From assembly GCA_029858565.1 (NCBI GenBank), contig JAOUEV010000006.1:1-64000 (forward strand): a stretch of DNA of 64,000 nucleotides, read 5' to 3'. A program made the position numbers and the translations under genes. The DNA is from Nitrospirota bacterium (GTDB taxonomy: Bacteria; Nitrospirota; UBA9217). Positions within the stretch are counted from its first letter, which is position 1, and each line of letters opens with the position of its first letter. Positions 10,108-19,736 of this stretch are shown here, piece by piece. The notes below the pieces were generated by a model that was not told the origin of the DNA, did no database searches, and was given only the letters and a program-made list of their open reading frames with translations.

Positions 10108-11416
10108 AATTCTGCTTGCTGATAAGAGCATCACGATCCAGAAGGTGGTCGAGATGCTGTTCTCCGGAAAGGACTTCGAGGTCACCTGCGTCAGCGACGG
10201 CGAAAGCGCACTGAGCGAGGCCGGCCGCATCAGGCCCGATGTCATTCTGGCTGACGTGGACCTGCCGCGTATCGACGGGTACACGCTTGCGGTGCAGGCG
10301 CGTCAGCAGGCCGCACTCTCGCAGATCCCAATCATTCTGATGCTCAGCAGGGACGATCAGTACGATGCCGCCCGGGGAAGCCAGGCAGGTATCGTCGACA
10401 ATATCGCGAAACCCTTTGAATCGAAGGACCTGATCAGCAAGGTCAAGAAGGCGTTGAGCTCTGCTCCGGCTCCGGCAAAGGGCCCAGCGCCGGCACCGCG
10501 TCCAGTGGAACGGCCGGCAGCCGCGGCACCGCCGCCACCTCCACCGCCGCCAAAGCCAGCCGCGCCACCTCTGCCGAAGCCCAAGCAGGCAGTGCCTTCG
10601 GATATATTCGGGATCATTGACGAGGCTCCGGCCGCGGCCGCGGTCGTAAAAACAGCCCCGGCCCCGCCAGTCGCTCCGAAGCAGGCTCCGGCTCCAGCTC
10701 CTTTGGTGGAGGAAAGTGTTTTTGAGGTGGAGCCCGAGGTCGAAGTAGAACCGGAAGTGGCCGCGCCGCCGCCCCGGCCGGCAGCAGAAGCACCGGTCGC
10801 ACGGGAGTGGAAAGCGCCTGTGGAGGAGCCGCGGCAGACCGTGGAACCCGATGCCTTTGATACAGAGCAGCTTTTCGGACGAACCGCTCCAGCGGAGGCA
10901 GAAGAGGAGTTCGTCGAGGCCGAGGTCGAGGAGACTGTGCAGGCAGAAGTGGTTTCCGAGCCGCCCGCGGCCGGGACCGGTTTTGACAGCTTCGACATGG
11001 GAGGCGGGGAAACAGTGGAAGAGGCGGAAAAAGCGCTTCCGCTGGGTGCGCGCGCGATGGAGGAAATGCGCGAGGGCCTGGGCCTGGGCCGGGAACCCGA
11101 GGGAGCGCCCGCTGCGACAGCGCCGTCGGACTTTGTAAGTTTTGAGAACCTTGATGATGCTTCACGTGTTTCGCACGAGGACTATATTCCGCCGGCCGCG
11201 GAGCCTCGCCCCGCGGCGGCACCTGCGGGCATGGCGCGATCAGCATTATCAGTAGCGGGAGGCGCGGCATCGGATGACCGGATCCAGTCCGCTGCCCATG
11301 ATGCCATAGCGCAGGTGGCGCGCGAGGTCCTGGAACGCGTTGCATGGGAAGTCATACCCGAACTTGCCGAACGTCTCATTCGCGAGGAGATCGAACGGCT
11401 GAAGGCGGGAAAATAG
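10097..11416 (+). CDS. RomR-like response regulator (REC, Pro/Ala/Glu-rich linker, conserved C-terminal helix)
   Basis: KILLADKSITIQKVVEMLF N-terminus and REVLERVAWEVIPELAERLIREEIERL C-terminus resemble Myxococcus RomR. Confidence 0.8.
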   Translation: MPAKILLADKSITIQKVVEMLFSGKDFEVTCVSDGESALSEAGRIRPDVILADVDLPRIDGYTLAVQARQQAALSQIPIILMLSRDDQYDAARGSQAGIVDNIAKPFESKDLISKVKKALSSAPAPAKGPAPAPRPVERPAAAAPPPPPPPPKPAAPPLPKPKQAVPSDIFGIIDEAPAAAAVVKTAPAPPVAPKQAPAPAPLVEESVFEVEPEVEVEPEVAAPPPRPAAEAPVAREWKAPVEEPRQTVEPDAFDTEQLFGRTAPAEAEEEFVEAEVEETVQAEVVSEPPAAGTGFDSFDMGGGETVEEAEKALPLGARAMEEMREGLGLGREPEGAPAATAPSDFVSFENLDDASRVSHEDYIPPAAEPRPAAAPAGMARSALSVAGGAASDDRIQSAAHDAIAQVAREVLERVAWEVIPELAERLIREEIERLKAGK

Positions 11417-11450
11417 CAATTTGATAAGAGGGGTCGGAGCGCGGAATGAG

Positions 11451-11475
11451 AGAGGGGACTTGCTCCCCTCTTTTT
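11451..11475 (+). terminator. Intrinsic terminator
   Basis: AGAGGGGA-cttgc-TCCCCTCT followed by a T run. Confidence 0.75.
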
Positions 11476-11645
11476 GTTGCAGCTGATGCTTGAGCATCAC
11501 GATATATCCTGATTTGCCGCAACCTGCACCGAGAGCACAAGACAAGACGCCAAGGTGAAAGAATATCTCCGGCCTGTTATGACCGCTGTCGCTAAATAAT
11601 TTTAACTGCTATCAAGCCTGATACCAAACAAGGAGTATGGCACTG

Positions 11646-14378
11646 ATGTCCTCACGAGAGCTTTCGAAATCCTACGATCCCAAACAGGTCGAGCAGACAT
11701 GGTATGACACCTGGTCGGAAAAGCAGTATTTTCACGCCGACGCGCAGAGGCCGGGCGCGCCATTCTCGATTGTGATCCCGCCGCCGAACGTGACCGGCTC
11801 GCTGCATATCGGCCACGCTCTGAACTCCACGCTCCAGGACGTGCTGGTGCGCTGGATGCGCATGTCCGGCAGGAACGCGCTCTGGGTGCCGGGCACGGAC
11901 CACGCCGGCATCGCAACCCAGAACGTGGTGGAACGCAAGCTTGCCGGAGAAAAGATCGATCGCCACCAGCTCGGCAGGGAGAAGTTCGTTGAGAAGGTAT
12001 GGGAATGGAAAAAACAGTCCGGCGGCACGATCATCAGCCAGCTCAAGAAGATGGGCGCGTCCTGCGATTGGGACCGTGAACGCTTCACCATGGACGAGGG
12101 CCTGTCCAAGGCGGTGCGTGAGGTATTCGTGAGGCTTTACGAAGAAGGCTTGATCTACCGCGGTGAACGGCTGATCAACTGGTGCCCGCGCTGCCATACC
12201 GCGCTGTCTGATATCGAAGTGGAGCACGAGGATGAAAAGGGCAAGCTGTACCATCTCGCGTACCCGCTGTCGCACGACCCCAGGATCCGCCTCACGGTCG
12301 CCACGACCCGGCCCGAGACCATGCTGGGCGATACGGCCGTTGCCGTGCATCCGCTCGACCCGCGATACAAGGACCTGATCGGCAAGACCGTGGACCTGCC
12401 GCTCACGAACCGCAAGATTCCCATCGTGGGAGATTCCATCCTCGTGGACCTGGAGTTCGGCACCGGCGCGGTGAAGGTGACTCCTGCGCACGATTTCAAC
12501 GATTACGAGGCAGGTACGCGCCAGACGCCGCAGCTCGGCCGCGTAAAGATGCTGGACGACAAAGCGGAAGTCCTCACGGAGATTCCGGATGTGAAGATCG
12601 ACGTGCTCAAGCATGTAGGCGGCAAACCGGCAAAAAAGGCACGCGGTATGGTCGTGGAATTGCTGCAGGAGCAGGGTTTCCTGATCAAGACGGACGATCA
12701 CAACCATTCAATCGGAAAATGCTATCGCTGCAGGACCGTGGTGGAGCCCTTCCTTTCGCCGCAGTGGTTCGTGAAGACGGCGCCGCTCGCCGGGCCGGCG
12801 ATCAAGGCCGTTGAGGACGGCAGTATCCGGTTCATTCCCAGGGGGTGGGAGAACACCTATTTCGATTGGATGCGGAACATCAAGGACTGGTGCATTTCGC
12901 GCCAGATCTGGTGGGGGCACCGGATCCCGGCATGGTACTGTGACGACTGCGGACACATCACGGTCAGCCGCACGGACGCGACACAGTGCGCGAAATGCGG
13001 CAGCAAGAATGTCCGGCAGGAGACCGATGTGCTGGACACCTGGTTCTCGTCCGCACTCTGGCCTTTCTCTACGCTCGGCTGGCCCGAGCAGACAAAAGAG
13101 CTGCAGGTCTATTATCCCACCTCGGTCCTGGTCACGAGCTTCGACATCATCTTCTTCTGGGTGGCCCGCATGATCATGATGGGCCTGCACTTCATGAAGG
13201 AGATCCCGTTCCGGGACGTGTACATCCACGCCCTGGTGCGGGACGCCGAAGGCCAGAAAATGAGCAAGTCCAAGGGGAACGTGATCGACCCGCTGGAAAT
13301 GACCGAACAGTTCGGCACCGACGCGTTCCGCTTCACCCTGGTGGCCTTTGCGGCCCAGGGCCGGGACATCAAGATGTCGCCGGAGCGCATCGAAGGATAC
13401 CGCAATTTCGCGAACAAGATCTGGAACGCCAGCCGGTTTGTCCTGATGAATCTTGAGAATGATTTTACTCCGAACGCCGAACTCGTCACTCCGAACGCAT
13501 CCCTTGCGGACCAATGGATTCTGTCCCGCCTGAACACGGTTATCAAAGAAGTCCGGTCCAGTCTGGAGGAATACCGGTTCAATGACGCGGCCTCGGGTCT
13601 TTATCAGTTCATCTGGCATGAGTACTGCGACTGGTACGTGGAACTGTCGAAGCCTGCGCTTCGGGACGAGGACCTGAAAAAGAAACGTGCTGCGCAGGTC
13701 ACGCTGGTGACGACCCTCGAAGCGGTGCTGCGGCTGCTCCATCCGATCATGCCGTTCATCACCGAGGAAATATGGCAGAAGCTGCCTGATGAAGTGCGGA
13801 GTGCGGAGTGCGGAGTGCGGAATGAAAAACCGAAGAAAGCATCCGAGTCCATTATGATCGCTGCTTATCCCGTGGCCGACGAGAAGTTGATCAATAAGGA
13901 CATTGAAAGTCTTATGAAGCTGCCGATGGACGCGATCCTCGCGATCAGGAACATCCGCGGCGAGATGAACATCTCCCCCAAGGAGCGCATCCGTGCAAGC
14001 ATCCGCGCGGAGAACGACGGGGTGCTCAAGAACCTTGAAAAGACCTCCGGGTATGTGATGTCCCTTGCCGGCCTGTCGGAGATCACCATGTCCCTGAACG
14101 AACCAAAGCCCGAGGGATCGGCCGCAAGCGCGATATTCGGAGCCGAGATCTACGTGGTTCCCGCGGAGCAGGCCATTGACAAGGGCGCGGAGCGGGACCG
14201 CATCATGAAGGAGATCGCGAAGATCTCCAAGGACATCGACGTCTTCTCGAAGAAGCTCTCGAACAAGAACTTTGTGGAAAAGGCGCCGAAAGAGGTCGTG
14301 GAAAAGGATACGGCGAAGCTGGAAGAGTTCAGGGCCAAGCGGGATAAGCTCGAGCAGAGCCTCAAAGCGCTGGGATAG
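11646..14378 (+). CDS. valS: Valine--tRNA ligase
   Basis: PPPNVTGSLHIGH, DWCISRQIWWGH, KMSKS, C-terminal coiled coil; ATG at 11646 is best spaced from AGGAG (alternative start 11637). Confidence 0.98.
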   Translation: MSSRELSKSYDPKQVEQTWYDTWSEKQYFHADAQRPGAPFSIVIPPPNVTGSLHIGHALNSTLQDVLVRWMRMSGRNALWVPGTDHAGIATQNVVERKLAGEKIDRHQLGREKFVEKVWEWKKQSGGTIISQLKKMGASCDWDRERFTMDEGLSKAVREVFVRLYEEGLIYRGERLINWCPRCHTALSDIEVEHEDEKGKLYHLAYPLSHDPRIRLTVATTRPETMLGDTAVAVHPLDPRYKDLIGKTVDLPLTNRKIPIVGDSILVDLEFGTGAVKVTPAHDFNDYEAGTRQTPQLGRVKMLDDKAEVLTEIPDVKIDVLKHVGGKPAKKARGMVVELLQEQGFLIKTDDHNHSIGKCYRCRTVVEPFLSPQWFVKTAPLAGPAIKAVEDGSIRFIPRGWENTYFDWMRNIKDWCISRQIWWGHRIPAWYCDDCGHITVSRTDATQCAKCGSKNVRQETDVLDTWFSSALWPFSTLGWPEQTKELQVYYPTSVLVTSFDIIFFWVARMIMMGLHFMKEIPFRDVYIHALVRDAEGQKMSKSKGNVIDPLEMTEQFGTDAFRFTLVAFAAQGRDIKMSPERIEGYRNFANKIWNASRFVLMNLENDFTPNAELVTPNASLADQWILSRLNTVIKEVRSSLEEYRFNDAASGLYQFIWHEYCDWYVELSKPALRDEDLKKKRAAQVTLVTTLEAVLRLLHPIMPFITEEIWQKLPDEVRSAECGVRNEKPKKASESIMIAAYPVADEKLINKDIESLMKLPMDAILAIRNIRGEMNISPKERIRASIRAENDGVLKNLEKTSGYVMSLAGLSEITMSLNEPKPEGSAASAIFGAEIYVVPAEQAIDKGAERDRIMKEIAKISKDIDVFSKKLSNKNFVEKAPKEVVEKDTAKLEEFRAKRDKLEQSLKALG
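13467..13501. repeat. Degenerate heptamer tandem repeat inside valS
   Basis: actccga-acgccga-actcgtc-actccga-acgcatc. Confidence 0.6.
13794..13821. repeat. Perfect (GTGCGGA)4 heptamer repeat inside valS
   Basis: Four exact copies, encoding VRSAECGVRN. Confidence 0.9.
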
Positions 14379-14395
14379 GGATCGGGAATCAGAAT

Positions 14396-15061
14396 ATGCA
14401 AATGCTTGTGCGATCCGCGAGAACGGTCCTGGACAGTCCGCTGCTGGTGCTGCTCATGGCCTGTACCACGCTCTACGTGACCTGTCATTCTACGCCTCTC
14501 TTCTTGTGGATCAGCCTTGTTGTCTCGATCATATTGACCCCGGCGATCTACGGCCGCTTTGCTCAGGTCATGACCAACGAGAGGCCGAGCGCGCTGTTCC
14601 GGTTGTTCGCACGCCACGGTTTCAACTTTTATGTCGTGGTTGCTCTGTTCTTTGTTCCCGTGGTGATCACCGCGTTCTGGGCGCGTAAGGACCTGGCTAC
14701 GGCTGTTATGAACATCGGCTTCGCTGTCGCACAGGTCCTTTTGATCTATATTCTTCCCGGTGTCTTTCTGATGCGATCACCGGTCGAAGCGATCACATCG
14801 GGGCTGGCGTTCCTGGGAAAGAACGTTTTGCCCAGCCTGCCGCTCATAGGTCTTGCATTGTTCAATCCGCTGCTGCACCTGGCGATACCGTCCGCCTGGA
14901 TCGCTCTTGACCTGTCCTCGGTCAGGGCTGCGGCGCGAACGCTGCCTTTGGCGCTGCTCTATAATATTGCATTATCAGCTGTCACTCTGACGCTATTTGT
15001 CGCGGCGGGCAGGACGCTGCGCGGGATCCCGCATGATGAACGATCTTCAAACGCTAATTAA
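14396..15061 (+). CDS. Hypothetical multi-pass membrane protein
   Basis: Several hydrophobic segments; fills the gap between valS and nadC. Confidence 0.65.
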   Translation: MQMLVRSARTVLDSPLLVLLMACTTLYVTCHSTPLFLWISLVVSIILTPAIYGRFAQVMTNERPSALFRLFARHGFNFYVVVALFFVPVVITAFWARKDLATAVMNIGFAVAQVLLIYILPGVFLMRSPVEAITSGLAFLGKNVLPSLPLIGLALFNPLLHLAIPSAWIALDLSSVRAAARTLPLALLYNIALSAVTLTLFVAAGRTLRGIPHDERSSNAN

Positions 15062-15860
15062 GACCGCCCTTGCCGAGGACCTTGGATCCGGGGACGTCAC
15101 CTCCGAGGCGACCATACCGCCGGATGCCCGGGCAGGTGCGCGCATGCTTGCAAAACAGGACCTGGTACTGGCGGGGCTCGATGTCAGCCGCGAAGTCTTT
15201 CATCATCTTGACCGTGATATTCATTTTATCGCAACCTGCAAGGACGGCGACCGGATCACCGCAGGGACCGAGTTCGCGAACCTCGAAGGACGAACAAGAT
15301 CGCTCCTTGCGGGCGAGCGGGTCGCGCTCAATCTCCTGCAGCATCTTTCGGGGATCGCGACGCTGACAGCGGCCTATGTGGAACGGCTCAAAGGGACCAA
15401 GGCCCGCATCCTGGACACCCGGAAGACCCTGCCCGGGCTCAGGCGGCTGGAAAAGTACGCCGTATCCGTCGGCGGCGGAAAGAACCACCGCATGGGGCTC
15501 TATGATATGGTCCTGATCAAGGACAACCATATCAAAGCGGCAGGCGGCATCACGACCGCGGTCAGCCGGGTCAGGGAAAAGCTTCAGGACCGGTACAAGA
15601 TCGAGGTCGAAACAAAGAACCTCGACGAGGTCCGGGAAGCTATTGCTGCGAAAGCGGACATCATCATGCTGGACAACATGTCCCTGGATGCGACGCGGGA
15701 AGCGGTGCAGGTCATAAACGGAGCCGCGCTGGTCGAGGCCTCGGGCAACGTGACGCTCGAAACGGTGAGGGCCATTGCCGAGACCGGCGTGGACCTCATT
15801 TCCGCCGGAGCGCTCACCCATTCGGCGCCGGCCGCGGACATCAGCATGAAGATTAAGTAG
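15033..15860 (+). CDS. nadC: Nicotinate-nucleotide pyrophosphorylase (carboxylating)
   Basis: ALAEDLGSGDVTS, DTRKTLPG, LIKDNH, IMLDN, EASG. Confidence 0.96.
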   Translation: MMNDLQTLIKTALAEDLGSGDVTSEATIPPDARAGARMLAKQDLVLAGLDVSREVFHHLDRDIHFIATCKDGDRITAGTEFANLEGRTRSLLAGERVALNLLQHLSGIATLTAAYVERLKGTKARILDTRKTLPGLRRLEKYAVSVGGGKNHRMGLYDMVLIKDNHIKAAGGITTAVSRVREKLQDRYKIEVETKNLDEVREAIAAKADIIMLDNMSLDATREAVQVINGAALVEASGNVTLETVRAIAETGVDLISAGALTHSAPAADISMKIK

Positions 15861-15868
15861 ACGGAACC

Positions 15869-16843
15869 ATGAATAAGGACGCAATACTCGATTTGCTCCG
15901 GTCATCGACCGCCAACCACCTGTCCGGCGCCGAGCTTGCCCGCAGGCTTGGCGTATCGCGCACTGCTGTCTGGAAGCACATAAAAACGCTGGAGGACGAG
16001 GGGTACCGGATCGAGGCGGTTCCGTCCAAGGGATACCGTATCACGGCTGAACCGGACTGTATCCGGCCGGGAGAGCTGAAGCGTCTCCTCGGCAGCAGTA
16101 TCTTCGGCAGGAACATACAGTATCTGACTGAAAGCGCTTCCACGAACACCCTGGCCATGGAGCTCGCATCCCGCGGCGCCGAAGAAGGGAGCCTGGTTAT
16201 CGCCGAGGTCCAGACGGGCGGCAAGGGGCGAATGGGGCGGAGCTGGGTATCGCCGAAAGGCAATCTCTACTTCAGCGCGATCTTGAGGCCCGCGGTATCG
16301 CCGCACCAGGCTCCTCTCATGACGCTGGTCGGGGCGGTAGCTGTGGCTAGAGCGCTCCGGAAGGTTCCCGGTATCGCCGCCGCGATCAAGTGGCCGAATG
16401 ATATACTTATAGAGGGCAGGAAGGTCTCGGGCCTTCTGACCGAAATGAGCGCTGAGGCGGACCGCATCAGGCACCTTGTCCTGGGCATCGGGATCAATTG
16501 CAACATGGACCCGGGCACGCTGCCCGGGGAGGTGCGTGCGCAGGCGACATCGCTTGCAACAGAGACGGGAAAAAATGCCGATCGTACCGCGGTCCTTGCC
16601 GAAGTTCTCCGGGAACTCGACCGCTGGTACGGGGTGTTCCTCTCGGACCGGCAGGGCGTTCTGGACGCCTGGAGGGACCTGAACGTGACGCTCGACAGGG
16701 CGGTCACGGTGAGCGGAGCAGGAGAACTGCTGCAAGGTACGGCATCGGACATTGACAGCGAAGGACGTCTTGTCATCACGGCCGCAGACGGGTCCACCCG
16801 GACCGTCGCCGCAGGAGATGTTACGATAGTAAAACGACCGTAG
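15869..16843 (+). CDS. birA: Bifunctional biotin ligase/repressor
   Basis: N-terminal HTH SGAELARRLGVSRTAVWKHI; QTGGKGRMGRSW; KWPND. Confidence 0.96.
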   Translation: MNKDAILDLLRSSTANHLSGAELARRLGVSRTAVWKHIKTLEDEGYRIEAVPSKGYRITAEPDCIRPGELKRLLGSSIFGRNIQYLTESASTNTLAMELASRGAEEGSLVIAEVQTGGKGRMGRSWVSPKGNLYFSAILRPAVSPHQAPLMTLVGAVAVARALRKVPGIAAAIKWPNDILIEGRKVSGLLTEMSAEADRIRHLVLGIGINCNMDPGTLPGEVRAQATSLATETGKNADRTAVLAEVLRELDRWYGVFLSDRQGVLDAWRDLNVTLDRAVTVSGAGELLQGTASDIDSEGRLVITAADGSTRTVAAGDVTIVKRP

Positions 16844-16911
16844 GCTGGGGCTTTCGGCCTGTAGCTGGGGAGCTTTTGAACATCTTCGGACCCCGGTGTT
16901 CTGGAGGGAAC

Positions 16912-17676
16912 ATGCTGCTGGCAATAGACATCGGCAACTCGAACGTCGTGCTCGGCCTGTTCGACGGCGCAAAGCTTCGCGAGAGCTGGCGTATCGGGAC
17001 CAAGGCGCAGATCACGTCCGACGAGTATGCCATGATCATCAAGGACCTATTCAGCTTCTCAGGCATCGGCTTCTCCGATGTGGACGGCATCATTCTGTCC
17101 ACCGTGGTTCCGCCGCTGCTTCCGGTGATGGCTGAAATGGCCAGAAAATATTTCAAGCGTGATCCGCTCGTGGTCACGAACGACATCAAGACCGGCATCA
17201 CGCTCCGGTATGACAATCCCCGGGAGATCGGCGCGGACCGCATCGTCAACGCTGCAGCGGGTTTTAAGCTCTACGGAGGCCCGCTTATCATCATCGACTT
17301 CGGCACTGCCACGACCTTCTGCGCGATCACGGGACAGGGAGAGTACCTGGGCGGCGCGATCGTGCCGGGCGTGAAGATATCCGCAGAAGCGCTCTATCAA
17401 CGGGCAGCGAAGCTGCCCCGGGTCGAACTGGTCAAGCCGGGGAAGGTCATCGGCCGCGACACGGTCACGGCCATGCAGGCGGGCATGATCTACGGCTATG
17501 CAGGTCTGGTGGACGGCATCGTGCGGCGTATGAAACAAGAGCTTTCCGAGAGCAGCACCGTGATCGCCACCGGAGGTTTGGCCGAGCTGATCGCGCCGGA
17601 GGCAGCGAGCATCAACGAAGTACGCCCACACCTGACCCTGGAGGGATTGCAGCTGCTGTTCGAAATAAACCGTTGA
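16912..17676 (+). CDS. coaX: Type III pantothenate kinase
   Basis: LLAIDIGNSN, IGADRIVN, IDFGTATT, ATGG. Confidence 0.95.
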   Translation: MLLAIDIGNSNVVLGLFDGAKLRESWRIGTKAQITSDEYAMIIKDLFSFSGIGFSDVDGIILSTVVPPLLPVMAEMARKYFKRDPLVVTNDIKTGITLRYDNPREIGADRIVNAAAGFKLYGGPLIIIDFGTATTFCAITGQGEYLGGAIVPGVKISAEALYQRAAKLPRVELVKPGKVIGRDTVTAMQAGMIYGYAGLVDGIVRRMKQELSESSTVIATGGLAELIAPEAASINEVRPHLTLEGLQLLFEINR

Positions 17677-17805
17677 ATTTCAAAGAGTCCAGGGAGCGAT
17701 ACTTTGGGCCCCCTTGGCACGCTGCTATTATTAACGTCTCCCTACCTTGACGCCGTGGGTTTTTTATGATATTTATTCGACATTCAGCATATGGTTGGAG
17801 CAGAA

Positions 17806-18183
17806 ATGAAAATATTGGTAGTTGACGACGAGGAAGGCGCTCGGGAGCTTTTCAATACGATCCTGACCGATGAAGGGTACGAGGTCGCTCTTGCCGAAGA
17901 CGGTGAACAAGCGCTGAACAGGATGAAGGGCGACGCCTATGACCTGGTGGTCACGGACATCAAGATGCCCGGCATGGACGGACTGCAGCTGCTGCAGGAG
18001 CTGCGGAAGGTCGGGTCCACGGCGGATGTTATCATGGTCACCGCGTACGGCGAGGTCGAATCCTATCTCAAGGCCATGAGCCTCGGCGCCGCAGAGTACA
18101 TCAACAAGCCCATCCGGATCAAAGAACTCAAGCGCATTGTCCACAAGGTCCTCACCGAACGGAAGGCCAAGCCGGGTAACTGA
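17806..18183 (+). CDS. Single-domain response regulator
   Basis: ILVVDDE, VTDIKMP, TAYG, KP. Confidence 0.9.
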   Translation: MKILVVDDEEGARELFNTILTDEGYEVALAEDGEQALNRMKGDAYDLVVTDIKMPGMDGLQLLQELRKVGSTADVIMVTAYGEVESYLKAMSLGAAEYINKPIRIKELKRIVHKVLTERKAKPGN

Positions 18184-19208
18184 TGTCACGACTTCGCAAG
18201 GATCCCATCGTCGGCCGCTGGATCATCATCTCCACGGACCATCCCAAGAAACCGGAAGATTACCACACGGAAGAGCCGCAGGACGATGTGTCTCCCGCGG
18301 ATTGCCCCCTGTGCGGGGGGAACGAGTCCAAGACCCCGCCGGAGATCGCCGCGTTCCGCGCGGAAAAAAGCCTGCCGAACTCGAAGGATTGGTGGGTGCG
18401 CGTCATTCCGAGCAAGTATCCGGTGCTGCATGTGGAAGGCAGCCTGGAGCGCGAGGGGGCCGGCATCTACGACTGGATGAACGGCGTCGGCGCCCACGAG
18501 ATCATCATCGAGACGCCGGAACATGCCCAGCGGCTCGAAGAGCTGCCGGAAAGCCAGATCGAGAAGGTGCTCTGGGCCTATCGCGACCGCATGCTGGACC
18601 TGGAGCGCGACGAGCGCCTCCGCTATGTCCTGGTGCTCAAGAACCAGGGATGGTCGGCAGGATCTGCGGTCAATCACACGCACACCCAGATCATCGCCAC
18701 TCCCATCATCCCCAAACGCGTCAAGGAGAAGCTGGATGGCGCAAAATCCTACTATGACTACAAGGAGCGCTGCATCTTCTGCGATATGATCCGCCAGGAG
18801 CTGGGCTCGGGCGAGCGCATCATCGAGGAGACCCGCCACTTCGTTGCCTTCACTCCGTTCGCGGCCCGTTTCCCCTTCGAGACCTGGGTCTATCCCAAAC
18901 GCCACTCCTGCGCCTACACCGACATCTCGAAGGAAGAGATCATGGATTTCAGCAGGATGCTCAGGAACATGCTCCGCAGGCTTGGTATCGTTCTGAACGA
19001 TCCTCCCTACAACTACATCCTCTATACCGCGCCGAATCGTATAGCTCGGAGCGGTCACTGGCATACCTTGAACGACGATTTCCACTGGCATGTAGAGATC
19101 ATGCCCCGCCTGATCCGCGTTGCCGGATTCGAGTGGGGTTCCGGCTTCTATATCAACCCCACCTCGCCCGAGGATGCGGCGAAATATCTGCGCGACGTCA
19201 AGCTTTGA
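18183..19208 (+). CDS. galT: Galactose-1-phosphate uridylyltransferase family (GalT/HIT) protein
   Basis: LRKDPIVGRW, CPLC, GAHEIIIETPEH, HxHxQ (HTHTQ), AGFEWGSG. Confidence 0.88.
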   Translation: MSRLRKDPIVGRWIIISTDHPKKPEDYHTEEPQDDVSPADCPLCGGNESKTPPEIAAFRAEKSLPNSKDWWVRVIPSKYPVLHVEGSLEREGAGIYDWMNGVGAHEIIIETPEHAQRLEELPESQIEKVLWAYRDRMLDLERDERLRYVLVLKNQGWSAGSAVNHTHTQIIATPIIPKRVKEKLDGAKSYYDYKERCIFCDMIRQELGSGERIIEETRHFVAFTPFAARFPFETWVYPKRHSCAYTDISKEEIMDFSRMLRNMLRRLGIVLNDPPYNYILYTAPNRIARSGHWHTLNDDFHWHVEIMPRLIRVAGFEWGSGFYINPTSPEDAAKYLRDVKL

Positions 19209-19231
19209 ACCATGCAGCGGATCCAACCATC

Positions 19232-19630
19232 ATGCTGAAATACCCTGTTGCTTCTCGGCCAAGCCCTATCGAGGGGACCGGCGTCTTTGCGCTATCGCGG
19301 ATTCCCCGGCGGAAAAAGATCGGTGAAGTGACCGGCGAGATCATCTCGGTCCGGGAAGCGAGAAAGCGCGCCCGTCTGCGCTGCCGCATGTGCCTCATCG
19401 ACGTGAGCGACACTCGCGCGCTCGACTGCACCCGGGGCAATGCCTTGCGCCATCTCAATCATTCCTGCAGGTCCAGTGCTTTCCTCAGGATATTCCGCGA
19501 GCGCGTGGAGGTCTATGCCCGCCGCGCCATCAGGCCCGGCGAGGAGATCACGGTGGATTATGGCGAATCGCCGCACAGCGGAGGAATGAAGTGCCGGTGC
19601 GGACACCGGGACTGCAGGGACAGAATCTAG
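19232..19630 (+). CDS. SET-domain protein with post-SET Cys motif
   Basis: SPIEGTGVFA, RHLNHSC, GEEITVDY, CRCGHRDCR. Confidence 0.88.
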   Translation: MLKYPVASRPSPIEGTGVFALSRIPRRKKIGEVTGEIISVREARKRARLRCRMCLIDVSDTRALDCTRGNALRHLNHSCRSSAFLRIFRERVEVYARRAIRPGEEITVDYGESPHSGGMKCRCGHRDCRDRI

Positions 19631-19648
19631 ACCCAGGGAGCGTTCTCT

Positions 19649-19736
19649 CACGAAGGCACGAAACCACGAAGAAAGGCATCTTCGTCCGAACAGCTGATAG
19701 TCTTAGTCGAGCGTTTCCTTCGTGTTCTTCGTGGTG
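19649..19736. repeat. Inverted CACGAA/CTTCGTG short-repeat hairpin
   Basis: cacgaagg-cacgaaac-cacgaaga ... cttcgtgtt-cttcgtggtg. Confidence 0.7.

Noticed and set aside
11476-11636. Possible T-box or attenuator leader before valS
   Set aside because: No T-box consensus or terminator/antiterminator pair recognisable
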